64,000 nucleotides of DNA from Trichosphaerium sp. ATCC 40318. Lineage: Eukaryota; Protista; Tubulinea. A program made the translations under genes and the position numbers. Of the stretch, positions 40,772-54,337 are shown piece by piece. Position 1 is the first letter of the stretch. Every line of letters starts with the position of its first letter. Below the pieces are notes generated by a model. It did not search any database. It saw only the letters and a list, made by a program, of their open reading frames with translations, and had not been told where the DNA came from. The stretch covers positions 74,675 to 138,674 of the forward strand of contig JALMLS010000285.1 in assembly GCA_038496445.1 (NCBI GenBank), given 5' to 3'.

Positions 40772-41235
40772 GAAATTACTAAATAAGTAAAACAACGAAG
40801 AGCTCTGTAGCAATAAAGTACTTAGTTTTAATCGCGCAATAATATTTACGATTTGTTGGCTGTTAGCAAGCCACAGGCAACCTCAATGTGTTCTATCACC
40901 CTACACAGCTAAGCACTAGTGTTTGAACGATTTAGTTTGGATGTGCGGTTATGAAATTGAAACGTACTCAACTACATCCTAGAGCGACGAGCAATTAATA
41001 TAAACACTACGCAGTATACTACCTTTTTTGTAAAAAGCGAATAAAAACAAATATTGCTATTAGTTGCACGCGTTTCCGAAACGAGTTACGCGAGAGGTGT
41101 TTAATGACGCAACCCGAAACTAAAGAGGTTAAGGCTTGACTTACTAAAAAACGACTTTAATCTCAATAAGACATCACACCTTTTCTATAGTCATAGTTTT
41201 GCGCTTGGCACTACTCTCACTACTTGCCAAATAAA

Positions 41236-43666
41236 ATGCGGCTACTGGTACGTATTCTACAGTTTGTACCGAACCAATACGCGTAGGAGACTCTAGAACT
41301 GCTTCTTTTAACAATTACTGTGGTCTCAAGTTTGGAAGTAATTTTGCCGGTCAGCGAAGCAGCTAATTACACCCATGCAAACTACTGGCGTATGAAATAT
41401 CAAGGATGGTCGCGGTTTGAAGGTATTTAGTGACAGCAATAAGATTTGGTTTTTTTTTTCAATTTTGACATGTAAAAAACAGGACGACTGGTAGACGCAG
41501 ATGTTAGCTCTAGTGATATTAGTGGCAACATAGCGTTACATGAGGACAGCAACACTTTCACATCAAATATAGCGAATGATTTGATAAAGCGAGGTGCCGC
41601 TGCTATTGTATTTATTGATGACTTTTCCGGTACAGTTTTCGCTAAAACTCCGTCCGTTCGCGTTATTTACTTTGTGTACTTAGATACGCCTGGTTTGTTC
41701 GGTGAGAACTTGGGCGCTCAAATACCAATAATAGGAGTTGGTAGAAGCGTTGGCAAGATATTAAAGGTGCTTATTGTCAAGTATATTGTTTTTGTAAACT
41801 GGCGTTATCTAACTAAAACTAAAAAGGATATTATTGCTTCTAATGACTCTACATTGATTCGTGTATCACAAGATGAAGGAAAAAATGAATTCCTAGATGT
41901 TTGTAATTACACAGTATGGCTATGGGCTGCACTCGCTCTTTTTGTATACTTTGATACTTGCTTGGCGTCTTGGCGACTATACGTACGTAAAGAGATTAAA
42001 ACAGTTCCTAAAAAAGAGGAGAAGAAAAAGGAAAAAAGTCAACCAAATCTGTCTATTTTGTGTTATTGGTGACGTCGACAATGGAATGTCCTTAACCTGT
42101 CATTTAGAAATTTGTAAAGAGATTTGGTTTTGAATTTTCTGTAGCTCAGATTTGTCTATCACTCGAGATATTAGCTGGTTTTCGTACGTCTTAGAAGGTG
42201 CTTTTTATTGTTTACTTATCTTGGAGATTAGTTCGCTTCATTTTTTTTGCAATTGATCCTCCTCTGTACTGCCGAAATATTTTCCATAGATTTGCATCAC
42301 AACTGCTGTTAACTATAACAATGCCAATATCATTAGCAACAACACTACTTATAACATTCTTTTGGTACCAGATTTCAAATAATTTATTTGTTTTTACTAA
42401 CTTTTTTTTAAAAGGTTTGAATTAATGTCCAAGGCTAAGATCAGGGGGACTATGCCTATGCTTGTTCAATACAAACTTCCTTATATATTTCTAATAGCAT
42501 TTATTACTATTCTTGAGTTTGCACATAGTTTCATACGCGCATTTCAATTATCAATTCGGGTACAACTTTTTTTCTCGTTTTTTTGATAATTTTTTTTGTT
42601 TTGCAAAGACTTGATATTGTATACGGCGGCTTTTCAGTTATTTCTCTTTTCTGATATAGTTGAAGTTTTATATGCATTCTTAGTACTCACAATTTTTACT
42701 CAGATATTAGAAAACATCATAGAACGTCAACATCATGATATTTTTTTTTCCAACAAAATTCACTTTATAAAATACTAACGTAGTTATTTTTCTTAGTTGC
42801 TAGCGGTGCTACAAACAGGATTTTATTTATTAACAACACTACTGATTACAATATTCTTCTTTGTCTGTGCTATAAGGATATTTAGAAGACTGAATAAAGC
42901 AAGAAAACTGACATCAGCCAAGTCACGAAAAACTTTGTACAAAGTACGTAAAAGAATAATCTTCTTTTTTTTCATCGAATTTTCACGTCATCGTCAATTG
43001 ATTAAAACGTTTTTTATTCTGAACGATTTTTTTTATTTTCTATCAATGCAATATCCAGAAAATAAGATATTACAACATTGCAAAGCGATGTTCTATTATC
43101 AAAACGTTTTGTTGAAAACACAGCGTAAAAAGAAATCCAAGGAAATAACAACAAAAAACCTGTTACTGACACGTGTGTTAGACAACATTGCTTATATTCG
43201 GAAGTGGTATTGGTAACCTTGTATTAATATTAGCAAGCTGTTTACCACTTACACAATTTTTTACAACACCCATTGGCTTCCAAGTAACATGGTACGTAAA
43301 ACAACAACATACATATTGTTTTTCTTTATTCTCAACAAAACAAACAACAATTTCTTTTCAAATATACCCGTGTAACACATAGTAAAACTTCGTGCATTAT
43401 CTCGGACTGTGTGCCCGGAGGCAAAATCATCTTCCGGACTTACGAAAGCGAGCATAATTCCGTACTCACGTTATTATAACAGGCTTCTTATCTACGTATC
43501 TCTCACTGTTGTGAGTACTACGCAAATTCTTGCATTTTCTGTTCCACCAAAGGATAAGCGTGGTTCAATCCAAAAGAGACCAAAAACTGCAAAAACTGTA
43601 TCAGATAACTCAGGAAAAAGCTCACCGAAGGGTGTTGAACTATCAACATTGGAGGAAATGATATAA
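41236..43666 (+). CDS. PA-like ectodomain + multi-TM (TOM1/THH1-like) membrane protein
   Basis: RGAAAIVFID...IPIIGV (PA-like); RFIFFAIDP, LLITFFWFEL; about 7 TM helices; Ser/Lys-rich tail. Confidence 0.7.
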
Positions 43667-44061
43667 CTCAACAACAAGAAAAAGAAAAAAAAAAAGTACT
43701 CAACGTACTTGTACAATAACTGGAAATAATGTATGTAACTATGACAAAGGGAATATAAAAACCCGCATGTAAAACATCAACAAACGTTTTACAACCTTTT
43801 TTTTTTATTTTGACACGTGATAAGCGTAATAAAATAGTGCTTTGACAAAAAAGTACCAAAAAACCGTTGAAACATTTCGTGGTATAGCACTGTAGTTTCT
43901 GTATGCGTCTGAAGTTTCGGAACAATTACAAAAACCCGAACTAGGGATCACGTAGTGTTTAGTTAAAGTACAAATTTCGCCAACGGAGTTCAAGGGGATG
44001 ACGTCACGCTGATTGACAGCGTCTTTGAAGTGTCTTTCAAAACTCTTGAAAATTACCTAAG

Positions 44062-45155
44062 ATGCTACTAAGCCAAATTAGTTTAAAAACGCGTACCACT
44101 GTATATGTAACGACAGGGACAAGTGTATGCACCTACTGTATTCTCTCCCACTACGGCAAGTTTTTTGTAAATTCCGTTATTCATAACTGCAGTTCTGTGT
44201 GCTTTTGAGTAAAGCACGCTATATTACGGAGAGGTACACAGCTCTATGAACTTAAAACTGTTGCCTCATAAAATAACACTGTGTATTCTCTTCTACACCA
44301 CTGCAGTTGTGTAGGTTTGCCGTTGGTGTATCCCAAACAGTAGTTGAAGGAAGCGGGCTTTCTTTTTTTCTCTTCGAAAAAACGTTATTATCATTTTACA
44401 AACTTCAACAACGTGGATAGCTTGAAAAGGATGGAGTCCAGCTTTAAAGCGATATGTTCGTCATAAACTACGTGTATTTCTTTTTTGTGCCATAGAGCCA
44501 AAATGGATCAATGCACCGTGACGAGGTACTAGCTAGCGAGATTAAGCCTGTTCCAAAATCCGATTTAACTAGGTGCCGTTGTTTCAAGTCATGTGCACTT
44601 TGTCATTACAGAACTCCCACGAATGAGCACGCCTCAAAAGGGCCTCAGTCAGTACTTACTACATTTTAAAGTACCCAAGCAGGTAGGTTATATTATCTAA
44701 AAAGCGCTAACAGCACATATAGGCACTTCTGAAGAGCAAATTTAATGATGCAACCTTTAAAACATACCCACTGTTCTCAATGTTCCGCAGCAGCAATGGT
44801 AAAGGCGTAGGTACTACAGAGGTGTAAAACTTACTGGTAACCGTCACGTTTAGATAATTCTGACGCCCATGAACATCAACAGAACTTTGACGAACAGCTA
44901 GTAGAGTTCAAAGCGCTGGTTTCGCAATTATCAGTTTACAGCAAAACAAAAACATTACTCCTACAATTTGAAGCCTCTGAAACACACACACTCGTTATCA
45001 CCCCTGGTACTGAGATGCGAGTAAGCTCTAAACCTAGAAGGGCACTACAACAAATGAACAAGGTATCGTCCTATGGCGTGTCTAAGAGGAGGCCACGCCG
45101 AAAGATGCATTTAAACTATCTTATGACGACAGAAAAAAAAACAATAACAAACTAA
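44062..45155 (+). CDS. hypothetical spliced protein absent from the ORF track
   Basis: Phase-consistent exons ~44573-44682, 44723-44810 and 44854-45155 (...HFVITELP..YLLHFKVPKQ|ALLKSKF..|DNSDAHEHQQ...). Start uncertain. Confidence 0.45.
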
Positions 45156-47413
45156 AATGCTGTTCGAACACAACCTGCTTTCATTTTATTTTTCCAGGCT
45201 AGCATCACACCCTGCTCACTCTTTTCATATCTTTTTAACGTAGTAGAATCGTTACACACCAAAAAAAATGGACACCAGTTTTATCTTTTTCGTTCGAGTT
45301 TAAAAAACGACCCACGTGATTAAACCCTGATCGTTGACACGTGTGTTGGTGCTTTCCGCGGATAATCCGGAGAGTTTTCATGAAGGTAAGTGGTTGACCA
45401 AGAGAATTGAGCAAAGTTAAACGCATGTAAAAGTCACGTGTTGAGGAACGGTTAATGCATGAAACGGTTTTTTTAGGGTAAACCTGTTTATTATTTTTTT
45501 TCGCTTTTTGTTAGTGGAAGCTTAAAAAAAAATCAATGACACTTCATGCACAACTACGTAATTTATTCAAGAGTGCAACTAAAACACATTTTAGACGAAT
45601 AAACGAGAAGACCACCATTCATTACAATAGTCAATACGGCTTGAGAGCTACTTCGAGACACATTAGAAAAAAAATGGAAGAAGTAGAATAATTTCGCTAC
45701 AAACTAGTTGAACTCGTTTTGCATGGAACCTTTCAACGCTCTAAAATACCCTACGAGTGGCTACACAACGCACAGATTAGCTTCTATTCTACGAAGAGAC
45801 TTTTTTGCTTCTATAGCCAAATTATAGGTCATTAGCTTGCTCTATGTTGTACCCTCGCTGTACTGTTCTTAGGTGTACATACGAGACATAGCAAAAATGT
45901 TCCTTGAATAACTTTGTCTAGAATCAGTAAAATACGTACCGCAGCCGAGCAAAGATAAGACGTGAGGTACTTTGATTCAAATTCTGTTGTTTTAAAGTCC
46001 CTTTTACAAACATGCCTGAGATGCTCCATAATGATAGCCTTGATCTAATAAAGCTCGTACAGCGTTTGGTACAAACCAATTACGGTGTCATGAGCGAGTA
46101 ACAGTCCCTGCTTGGTAAGAATAAAAGTAGTTTTTGGTTTTATTTCAGTATCCATGCTTCACTATGCGGTCGTCATCTACGAACTTGTACGGCGAATTCA
46201 GTGTTTGTGAATGCTAAAATCTTAAAGCAAACAACTGCTTTTTTTCAATTCAAGTGCCTACTGGTTAGAAGAGACCTTTTGTTTGATAAAACAAACTTGC
46301 AAAGTAGTCAAACACTATATTTTTAATAGTCACTCTAGGTTCCCATCTTGAACCCCAGCGTTGAGAGAACGCCAAGAGTTATCAATAGATGTTTCGAATT
46401 AACACTACAACCTAAAAACAAAGTCCTTTACCTTGGCGTTAGGTACCACACAAAAACGTGATATATAAAACAAGCATTTTATCCACAGTGTTTTCATAAA
46501 TTCTAACTTCCTGCTCTGTGCACTGTGTAATATGGACAACGTATAAACACTGAAGTGTTCTACAAACATGGGATAACGTTTAACGCATCGGTCTTCTATT
46601 TGGTTGAAAACCAAGTCAACTTGTTTTATTTTTACTTATTACAGCGACACGTGACCATTTAGCGATATTTACGGCGTACCAGGTCTTGAAGGGGTCTTAA
46701 AACAAAAGTATTCATAAAAGGGTATTTTCAACTACGTGTGCGCACTGTTAGCGAAAAATCAGCGACTGCGGTAGTTGTAAGAGTATTGTGTCAAACAGTG
46801 TTTTGTCACATTTTCTATGTGTCAAAATATTACGAACAGATTTCGTGCTTGGCACGTCACCTCGCGGACATGAACAATTTGATTCGACTTGCCAACTTTT
46901 ATCCAATGATGTCACTTCATACAACTATCGATAGCCGCCCTTAATGAAACTAATCATCCATTCTCAGTGCTCCAATAAGACCGTGATAAAATTCTCTGTG
47001 ATAATCAAAGTTATCAAACCTACCTGCTTTCTCATTAATGTAGTTCCTGTTATTTCGATGAAATTAAAGTGCTTGACAAAGCCAAAGGGATAACGTAAGA
47101 AGCAAGGGAATTCCAACTAACGCCAGCCACCCACTGAGTTAATTTAGCATACCACTGCCAAAAATCGGCTGCATAACTGTTTTCGATACGTATGAGCACC
47201 ATTGATAGCCTGTTGACTCGCTAGAAAAAAGAAAAAAAAAGAAAAACGAATGTCGCTTCGTTTTGTGTTAAGTTACACTGAAATACAGTTAATTCAATAG
47301 ACGACCACTACCTATTGCATATAATTACATACCGCTAATTTGACTCGAATTTGAGGCCTTTTGACTACATATTCGTTTTCACGTGCCTAAAACCTTTGTT
47401 ATTCGCCAAGAAA

Positions 47414-48627
47414 ATGCTTAGTAAACGCCTTGGGCTATCTTTTGGTGCGTATCTGTCAGTATTTTAATTAATTAAACTAAAACGTACGTCACTTACTACA
47501 AAAAAGCCACAAAAGATAAGGAGCTAGAAAGAGCATTAAACGAAATACAAACAAATTTGGTCCACGAGAGAAACGATAAAAAACGCCAAATTACGCTGAT
47601 AGGGATAGCGGAGGTATCAACGTTTAACTATGAGCTAAACCGCTTCCGGAACATTTACTGTGACTCCATGGGTTGACGTTATATATTCACCTTTAAAGCA
47701 CTTTAACTTACTGTGAGAGAGATGTTAGGTTTGGATAGTATTAGGGACGTCTATGACTTTTATTCATCTACTATAAACCTATTGGCATTTGACTTTCCAC
47801 TGTCCAAAACGTGCGTTGTATTCGAAAGAAAAAAAAGAAGCAAAACCTTTAGCAAAAAACACAGCAGACTCCTAAGGCTTTTTTTGAACAATCACGTGAT
47901 AATGTTCAAAAAGGGTTGGTTGGAAATTTTGAGTTTTTTTATTGTTTTCGGGCGTTTTTTTGATTAATTTTTCGTTCTCGTTCGTTCGGTGACTTTTGTA
48001 GAGTTGGCTCTGTCCGTCTTATCAGAGAGAATATATCACTTTTTCATATTGCAGAAGTTGAAGCATATCTCAAAGGTTTCTCCTCATATATAAATAAAAA
48101 AAGATACACATTCTTATTTGTCTCACTCCTAACCGCCTAGATAAAAATATACATAAGGATGATATTGTTCAAGTTGATTGGTTATGCGTAGATTACGAAC
48201 ACAGACAATACAAGGCACGTGGGATTTTTTTGAAAGATGAAACGAAATAATCTTTTTTAAAATTTTTTTAGTTATCTGTATCATTTTACAAACTTATCAA
48301 ACGATACTTGGGTCTATGGAATAAGTCACACGTGATAATGTATTGTGACGAAGAGAAGATGCCTTACTTCATGTACATACTAGTGCCTGCAACAACTGCA
48401 AAAAAAAAAGCCGATAAAAATAAATACGGCAATACGCCACAGCTTTTGTTTTTGCACTTTGGATTTTTTTTTGATAGTTTTTTGTTCTTACCTTTATTGT
48501 TAGGAAGTGGACAGGTTTCAAGTTCTTAACGTTCTCTACAAGAAAGTCAAAGAAGCACAAGGAATATACAATTGGGGTTTTCCTATTCACGTTCGAAGAT
48601 GTCGATGTAGAATGGGTCGAAGATTGA
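47414..48627 (+). CDS. small PAS-like domain protein encoded by 7 short exons
   Basis: Phase-consistent GT-AG splicing gives MLSKRLG...KNIHKDDIVQLSVSFYKLI...PYFMKWTG...IGVFLFTFEDVD*. IHKDD resembles the PAS IHPDD motif. Confidence 0.6.
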
Positions 48628-51511
48628 AGATATTATTTTTCTACAACCATAAAACGTAAATCTTTTTCAAGAAGACAACTATTGTGTCCCTCCCGGAGGT
48701 TATGTGTTTATTTTTTTCGTGCTTGTTTGTAATTATAATTCACAATATAAAATTGTATATCATTGGCAATAAAATATAGTTTTATTATGTCGTAGACACT
48801 TGTTAGAAACAGTTCCGAAGATGCCGGAAAAAACAAGATTTTTTCCTTCCGAATGGTTGTATCCCAAAAACCTTCATTTCCGTTTTTTTTTTTGTATGTT
48901 TAATTACAATTAATTAATATCTTTACCTCTCATCGTTATCATTATGCATAACTAGTCAATGACGTTATGTAGTTTATAAATGAGGACATTTTACATAAAT
49001 ACCTCAAAACAGTTAAAAAAGATCACTCGAATAAACCTACACCTATCAGACTTCCTTTCAAAAAAACCTAAATTTAAACACGTGCTTTGGTGCTTTTTTT
49101 TTTCAAAGATCCAATTTTCTTCTTTTAGATCTTATCATAGACCTAAATAGCGATAAAAAACCCGACATTACACACCAAAAAACAATGTACATTTACCCGA
49201 CGTATCTTGATAAATTTGCTAAATTACAGAAAGCGTGTATGCACCACCGATTTGCATTCATTTCTATCGAATGTCATTGTTTTTTTTGAGGCTAAGATTA
49301 ATCATTAGGTTTTATGGCATCCTCGTGAAGTTTTCGTCCATCTACGATGTGTATCACCCATGTGATTGTAATAAGCTATAATCAAGTCGTTCATAGCCTA
49401 TTCTAACGACCCTGTATCTCGAAATCGTAAGAGCATTATTTCGGCAGCGGATACGGAGTTTAAGAAATCTTATAAAATCGTCAGTTAAACAAAGCAAGCA
49501 ACACAAGCACAACACTTCTAAAACACACAATGAGCAACTACAGCAAAGCACCAGTAATCTTCTATCCACGTGCTATCAAGCAACAACATGCAATGTTACC
49601 ACCACTACGATGTGTCTTAAAGCAACGTACGTTGATAACATCAAAAATGTCAAGAGAACCTGACATTAAAAAAAAAAGCCCAAAACAAAAACACTGCTAA
49701 CGCCCAACTTTTTAGTACCTTACACACGTTGGTCTGTCACTCATGTTGGTCCTCAGAAGAGAATCTATCGCGCTAAAGCAACACTAAAAAGGAAGACAAA
49801 ACCACATGTTAAGAAGTACCAGATGGAGTCTTTTAGCAAGGTTTACAATATGAACAAAGGTTCGTTCTTTGTGTATTTAAAAATACAAATGAGGCACTTA
49901 TATGGCCGTGAAAAAAAGGATTAATTTGTGACACATTGAGAAACTGACGATTTTTTAATAGCTTACAGCACAGAGCCAGATGATTTTTGGATATTTGAGT
50001 TCGGCCCTGCATGCAAAGCAGATAACGAGATTGAAAGTAAGCCAATACTGCCACAATCAAACCATTCAGCATTCCGAAGAGTTAAAAGAGGCACATGCGT
50101 TATGTAGATAAGTTTTCGGCGATTTTCGTCGGAGATAGATATCTATCAACCCTTCCTTTTGTATCATAAAAAAAACAAACCCAAAAAATCTTCAAATGAA
50201 AAAAAACGCTTCTAAAGTGAAGCGTTATCACGTGAGGAGAGAAATAATTAAAAGATGTATTTTTATATAAATAAATAACAGTTAAATCGTTGTATTTCTT
50301 GCCTTGTGTTATTCTACTACGCTACAACTACACTACTACGCTATTATTTTTTTTCTTTTTACCAAAGAGATAAAAAAAGAAACTGTTTGGGAAAAAAGTA
50401 AATTCGAAACTATTGAACTCCTACATCAACGACATAGTTTTGAATAACATGAGCGTATCCGGAGTGCGATATCTCGCTCACGGAAATCAGGAACACAAGA
50501 GCACAGGTCCGAGGTGAATTTTTCCGTCGATTATTACGACTATGTTTAACAGGAACAACTCAAAAAAAACCCCCAAAAAAAAAAAAAGACATTGGTCAGC
50601 GCACCTCCGCTACTTTTGACATCCCAATTAATATTGTACCACATGAAACATTCCTCTTTTATCGCAACAATACAGCGGTGTACCTATGGCAACAAGTTGT
50701 AAGCACCCTATGTGTACACGGAAAAAAAACCTTCTGCCCAAGATTTTTGATTATTCACGTGATCTAGCTTCGAAAAGAGGCAAAAAAAAAAAGAAAAAAA
50801 TTATTGTATTTTGAAAAGCAGGTGTCGGATACTTCTCTAAAAGGCGTGAGTCGCTTTCAGTACCTACAAATAGCTATACTAAGCAAGTTCCTCTACCTGA
50901 TAACGCTAAAACAAAAGCCATCGGAGTACTGATCAAGAAATAATACAAAATAAAATAAAAATCAGAAGAAAAGTTTAATGATACCCACACGTGATAGCGT
51001 AAAATAACTACGATGTAATCCAATTTCAGAAGTGAAGTGTCCTACGTACTAGTGAATTAATTTACAGATACGGATACCATACAAGGAATACAGCAAGTCA
51101 CTATACAATCGCACTTGATGTTCTACTTGTGGGAGGTTTGTTTTTTGTGGATAAAGCGCTTAACTTCATCTAAGGAACGAAATAACCGCGTGACATAGTA
51201 CGTTAGTAATACTCGTACGCGTCAGTAATGAGTAGAAAAAAACCAAAGACAGCCAACCATTATTTTGACCAAAACCTCCAAGATTTACCTTTACTGCACC
51301 TTCTACTGTGGCTCGCTGTAATATGTTACTTTATTTACGCACGTGCTGGCTCACAATAGCACATACTGCAAGTACGCAGGTTCTCAAAGAAAAGAGTCTG
51401 GTGTAGACTACTGGCTCATAGACTAAAACAAAAAACACAACAAAACAAAAAAACAAGAGAGCAATTGAATGGCTTATTTTACATTGTTCTTTTCTGTACA
51501 GAGTCTTAACC

Positions 51512-53814
51512 TTAACTAACGTCAACGTATCCCATAATATCAGGTGGGTTATCCTATAAAAAAAATACGAACGTCAGCAACGACAACAGACTTTAAAGGA
51601 AAAGAAGACTTTGTCAACACTAACCTGAAATATGTGCATAAATCTGCTACCAGGGCATGCTAGCGTTAACCTTCTTCCTCTAACCAGCTCTTGTAGAGAA
51701 TAAAACCCATCACCTAACCTCAGTCAGCAAGGCAAAAAAAAAAAGGTTTTATCCACAATATTTTTTAAAACGCACCATCTATTGTATACACCTCTCCAGC
51801 AGCGTGTTTAATACGTTGATGTTTAATAGTACGTGTATGTGTAATTTGAGATACAGTAAACCATCCATCACGAGAAGAAAAACGAACAAGGAAAGTACCA
51901 CCTGGTTTTCCAGATAACTTTTCTTGTGCAGCTTTAGTGTCAGTGTCACCATGGAACCAAGAATTAGATAATAAATCTGCAAGGTTGGCTATAAAATTCT
52001 TGCGTGGATCAGTAGTCATAGGGTCGTATATAGGCCCAAGCCAGTTCAAAATTTTGCCGAATTTCTCAAGGTTAACAGTTTCGGCTATTTGCCCAGTACG
52101 CGTATCACTGTGTGTACTCAATACTGCCTAAACGCTTTTAAGCTTACATATACACTAATAGTGTTATAATATGTAATCTAGAACGTACACGAAGGCATTT
52201 AAGACCTTGTAGTGTTGTGTCGGCTGTAGGATACTCGAGTTGCTGCAAATCAATGTTTTTAAGGTTCATAAACTTGACAAAATGCTAGGGAATACGTAAA
52301 CAAAACAAGAACGGTATGTAGAAGCAGTTGCAACCAAATAAAAACGAATCAAGCAAAAAAAAGTCAAAAAGAATCAAAATGTCAACAACATGTTGAATCA
52401 ATGCTTTACGCACCTGTATGAACTCATGCCAGTTTACTTCTACCTTATCTGGGAAGTATTTTTTCCAAAATTTCCTACCATACGGATCTAGGGTTGTAGC
52501 ATCAACAATTATTCCGTCAAGGCAAGTAATAATTTCCTAAGCCGATACTTAGACACCTCTAATTAAGCGAAGAAAAAAAAAAAAAGTTTACTTTAAAAGA
52601 AGGTCTCTCATCTGGCTCAGCCACCCAACACTCTTTGATAAGACGCGCAAGAGCTGGTAGAGTACCACCTGGTACAGGAGGTCGTTCGTGCTATACGAGG
52701 TTAGTTGCTATTTGGAGTAAACTACAAACTAATAAAAAAACCCGTCACAGGTCACATACTTCATAGCATACTGCACGTTTGAACTTTGAGAAGTTGGTGT
52801 GATGAGGGAACGGTTCTTTTTGAGTAAGAATCTCCCACAAGCAAATACCAAACGAGTAGATATCGCATTTTTCAGAAAACTTCTTAAACATCATCACTAA
52901 GGCCACCATTAGAGAAACCTTATCACTATAATACAAGAAAAAATAAATACAAACCTTCTGGTGCCATCCAAAGAGGTGTTCCCTAGAAAAGAGTAAAATT
53001 ATTGTTTGAAATGACAATTAGCTTATTATTCTTCGCTTTTATACTAACCTTTGCTGTTTCTGTGTCTTTTAGCTTCTCTCCTCTTGTTTTAATTTGAGAC
53101 AATCCGAAATCACAAACCTTGACATGTAAACTGTTGTCTACAAGTAGATTCGAGCATTTAAGGTCTCTGTGTATAAATTGAGGGTTAGAGCAATGCAACC
53201 AATTCATTCCAAGCGCGGCATCCTGTAAATAACGGTATAAGCGTTTACATTACCCTCAACTTCGCGTATACAATACATTGATTACGTTTTCTGACAAATA
53301 GAATAATTTCGCTAAAAACGTTTACCTTTGCCATACACATCTTTTGAAATAAGCTCAAATGCACCTTAGGATCTTTAAGAAGCTGTTGCATGTCTCCTAC
53401 AGGAATTTTAAAAAGTTGTGTTTGTTTTTGGATAAATACCAGCTCTTTTACGTACCTCTCGGCAAGAACTCGCTTACAATAAAGAATTTACCGGGTGTAG
53501 TACAAGCGCCCATGAACAAACAAATGTTTGGGTGGAAGATGGTACTAAAACCGTTTTAGCGCCGTTATTTTAATTAACCGTCGTACCTCATTATCGCCAC
53601 TTCCTTTTTAAAGGACGCTAAGGTCTTTTCATCCGTAATGGGTTTATGAAACACTTTGATCGCAACTTCCTTTCCTCTGCACTTTCCACGGATCACTCGA
53701 CCGAATGAACCGCTTCCTATGACCACTCCGGTTTCTATTTCTGAAGGGTGAATCTCTGGGGGCCCTGCTGTGTCCTAGAAACATAAGATCATTTACCAAA
53801 GACATACGCACCAT
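51512..53814 (-). CDS. shk: TKL protein kinase with C-terminal SH2 domain (Shk family)
   Basis: GPPEI, IGSGSFG, VAIK, HRDLKCSN, CDFGLS, GTPLWMAPE; SH2 WFHG...GTFLVRFS. Confidence 0.93.
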
Positions 53815-54337
53815 GGTACGATTACGTTGGCTTTAAATAAATAGCTTAAAAAACAGAATTTGATAGCCCAAATTCTTTACGCCCAAAATTGTGCCTGAAG
53901 CAAAGCTGACTGAACGAATAAGCTATGAAGGGCAAAAAAACAATGAAAGTTCATCGAGAATTTGTCATTATGTCAATTTTGAGAAGAGTAAGCCCGACAA
54001 CGCCAAAATAATGTAAAACGGTAGAAAACCGCGCGTACCGTTTCATTGAAATATTACGACAGCGCCAAAAGCACAGTATTGTTTTTCACAAGTGTACAGT
54101 GAATGTTTAGTGAATGTCAAACACACAAAAAGATATTTCAACTGTTTTTTTTTTCAAATGATTATTTATTTTACACGAGGTAGTCGTCATCTACCACCAA
54201 ATGAGTGTTACATTTTGTGTACCATACTAGCACTATAATACAAGAGCCTGGCAAGTTCACAACGTATCAAAAAATTGTACAAAAAAGGGGAATAAAACGG
54301 GTATGTAACACGTTTCTGTAAAGGTCGTTGGCAAACC

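Noticed and set aside
42089-42107. TCCTTAAC branch-like motif near an acceptor in the PA-domain gene
   Set aside because: The donor is an ordinary GTACGT. At most a converted intron, which cannot be supported here.
43388-43449. Intronic GC-rich mini-hairpin (CCGGAGG/CTTCCGG)
   Set aside because: Stem is only ~7 bp and there are no snoRNA boxes; could be chance.
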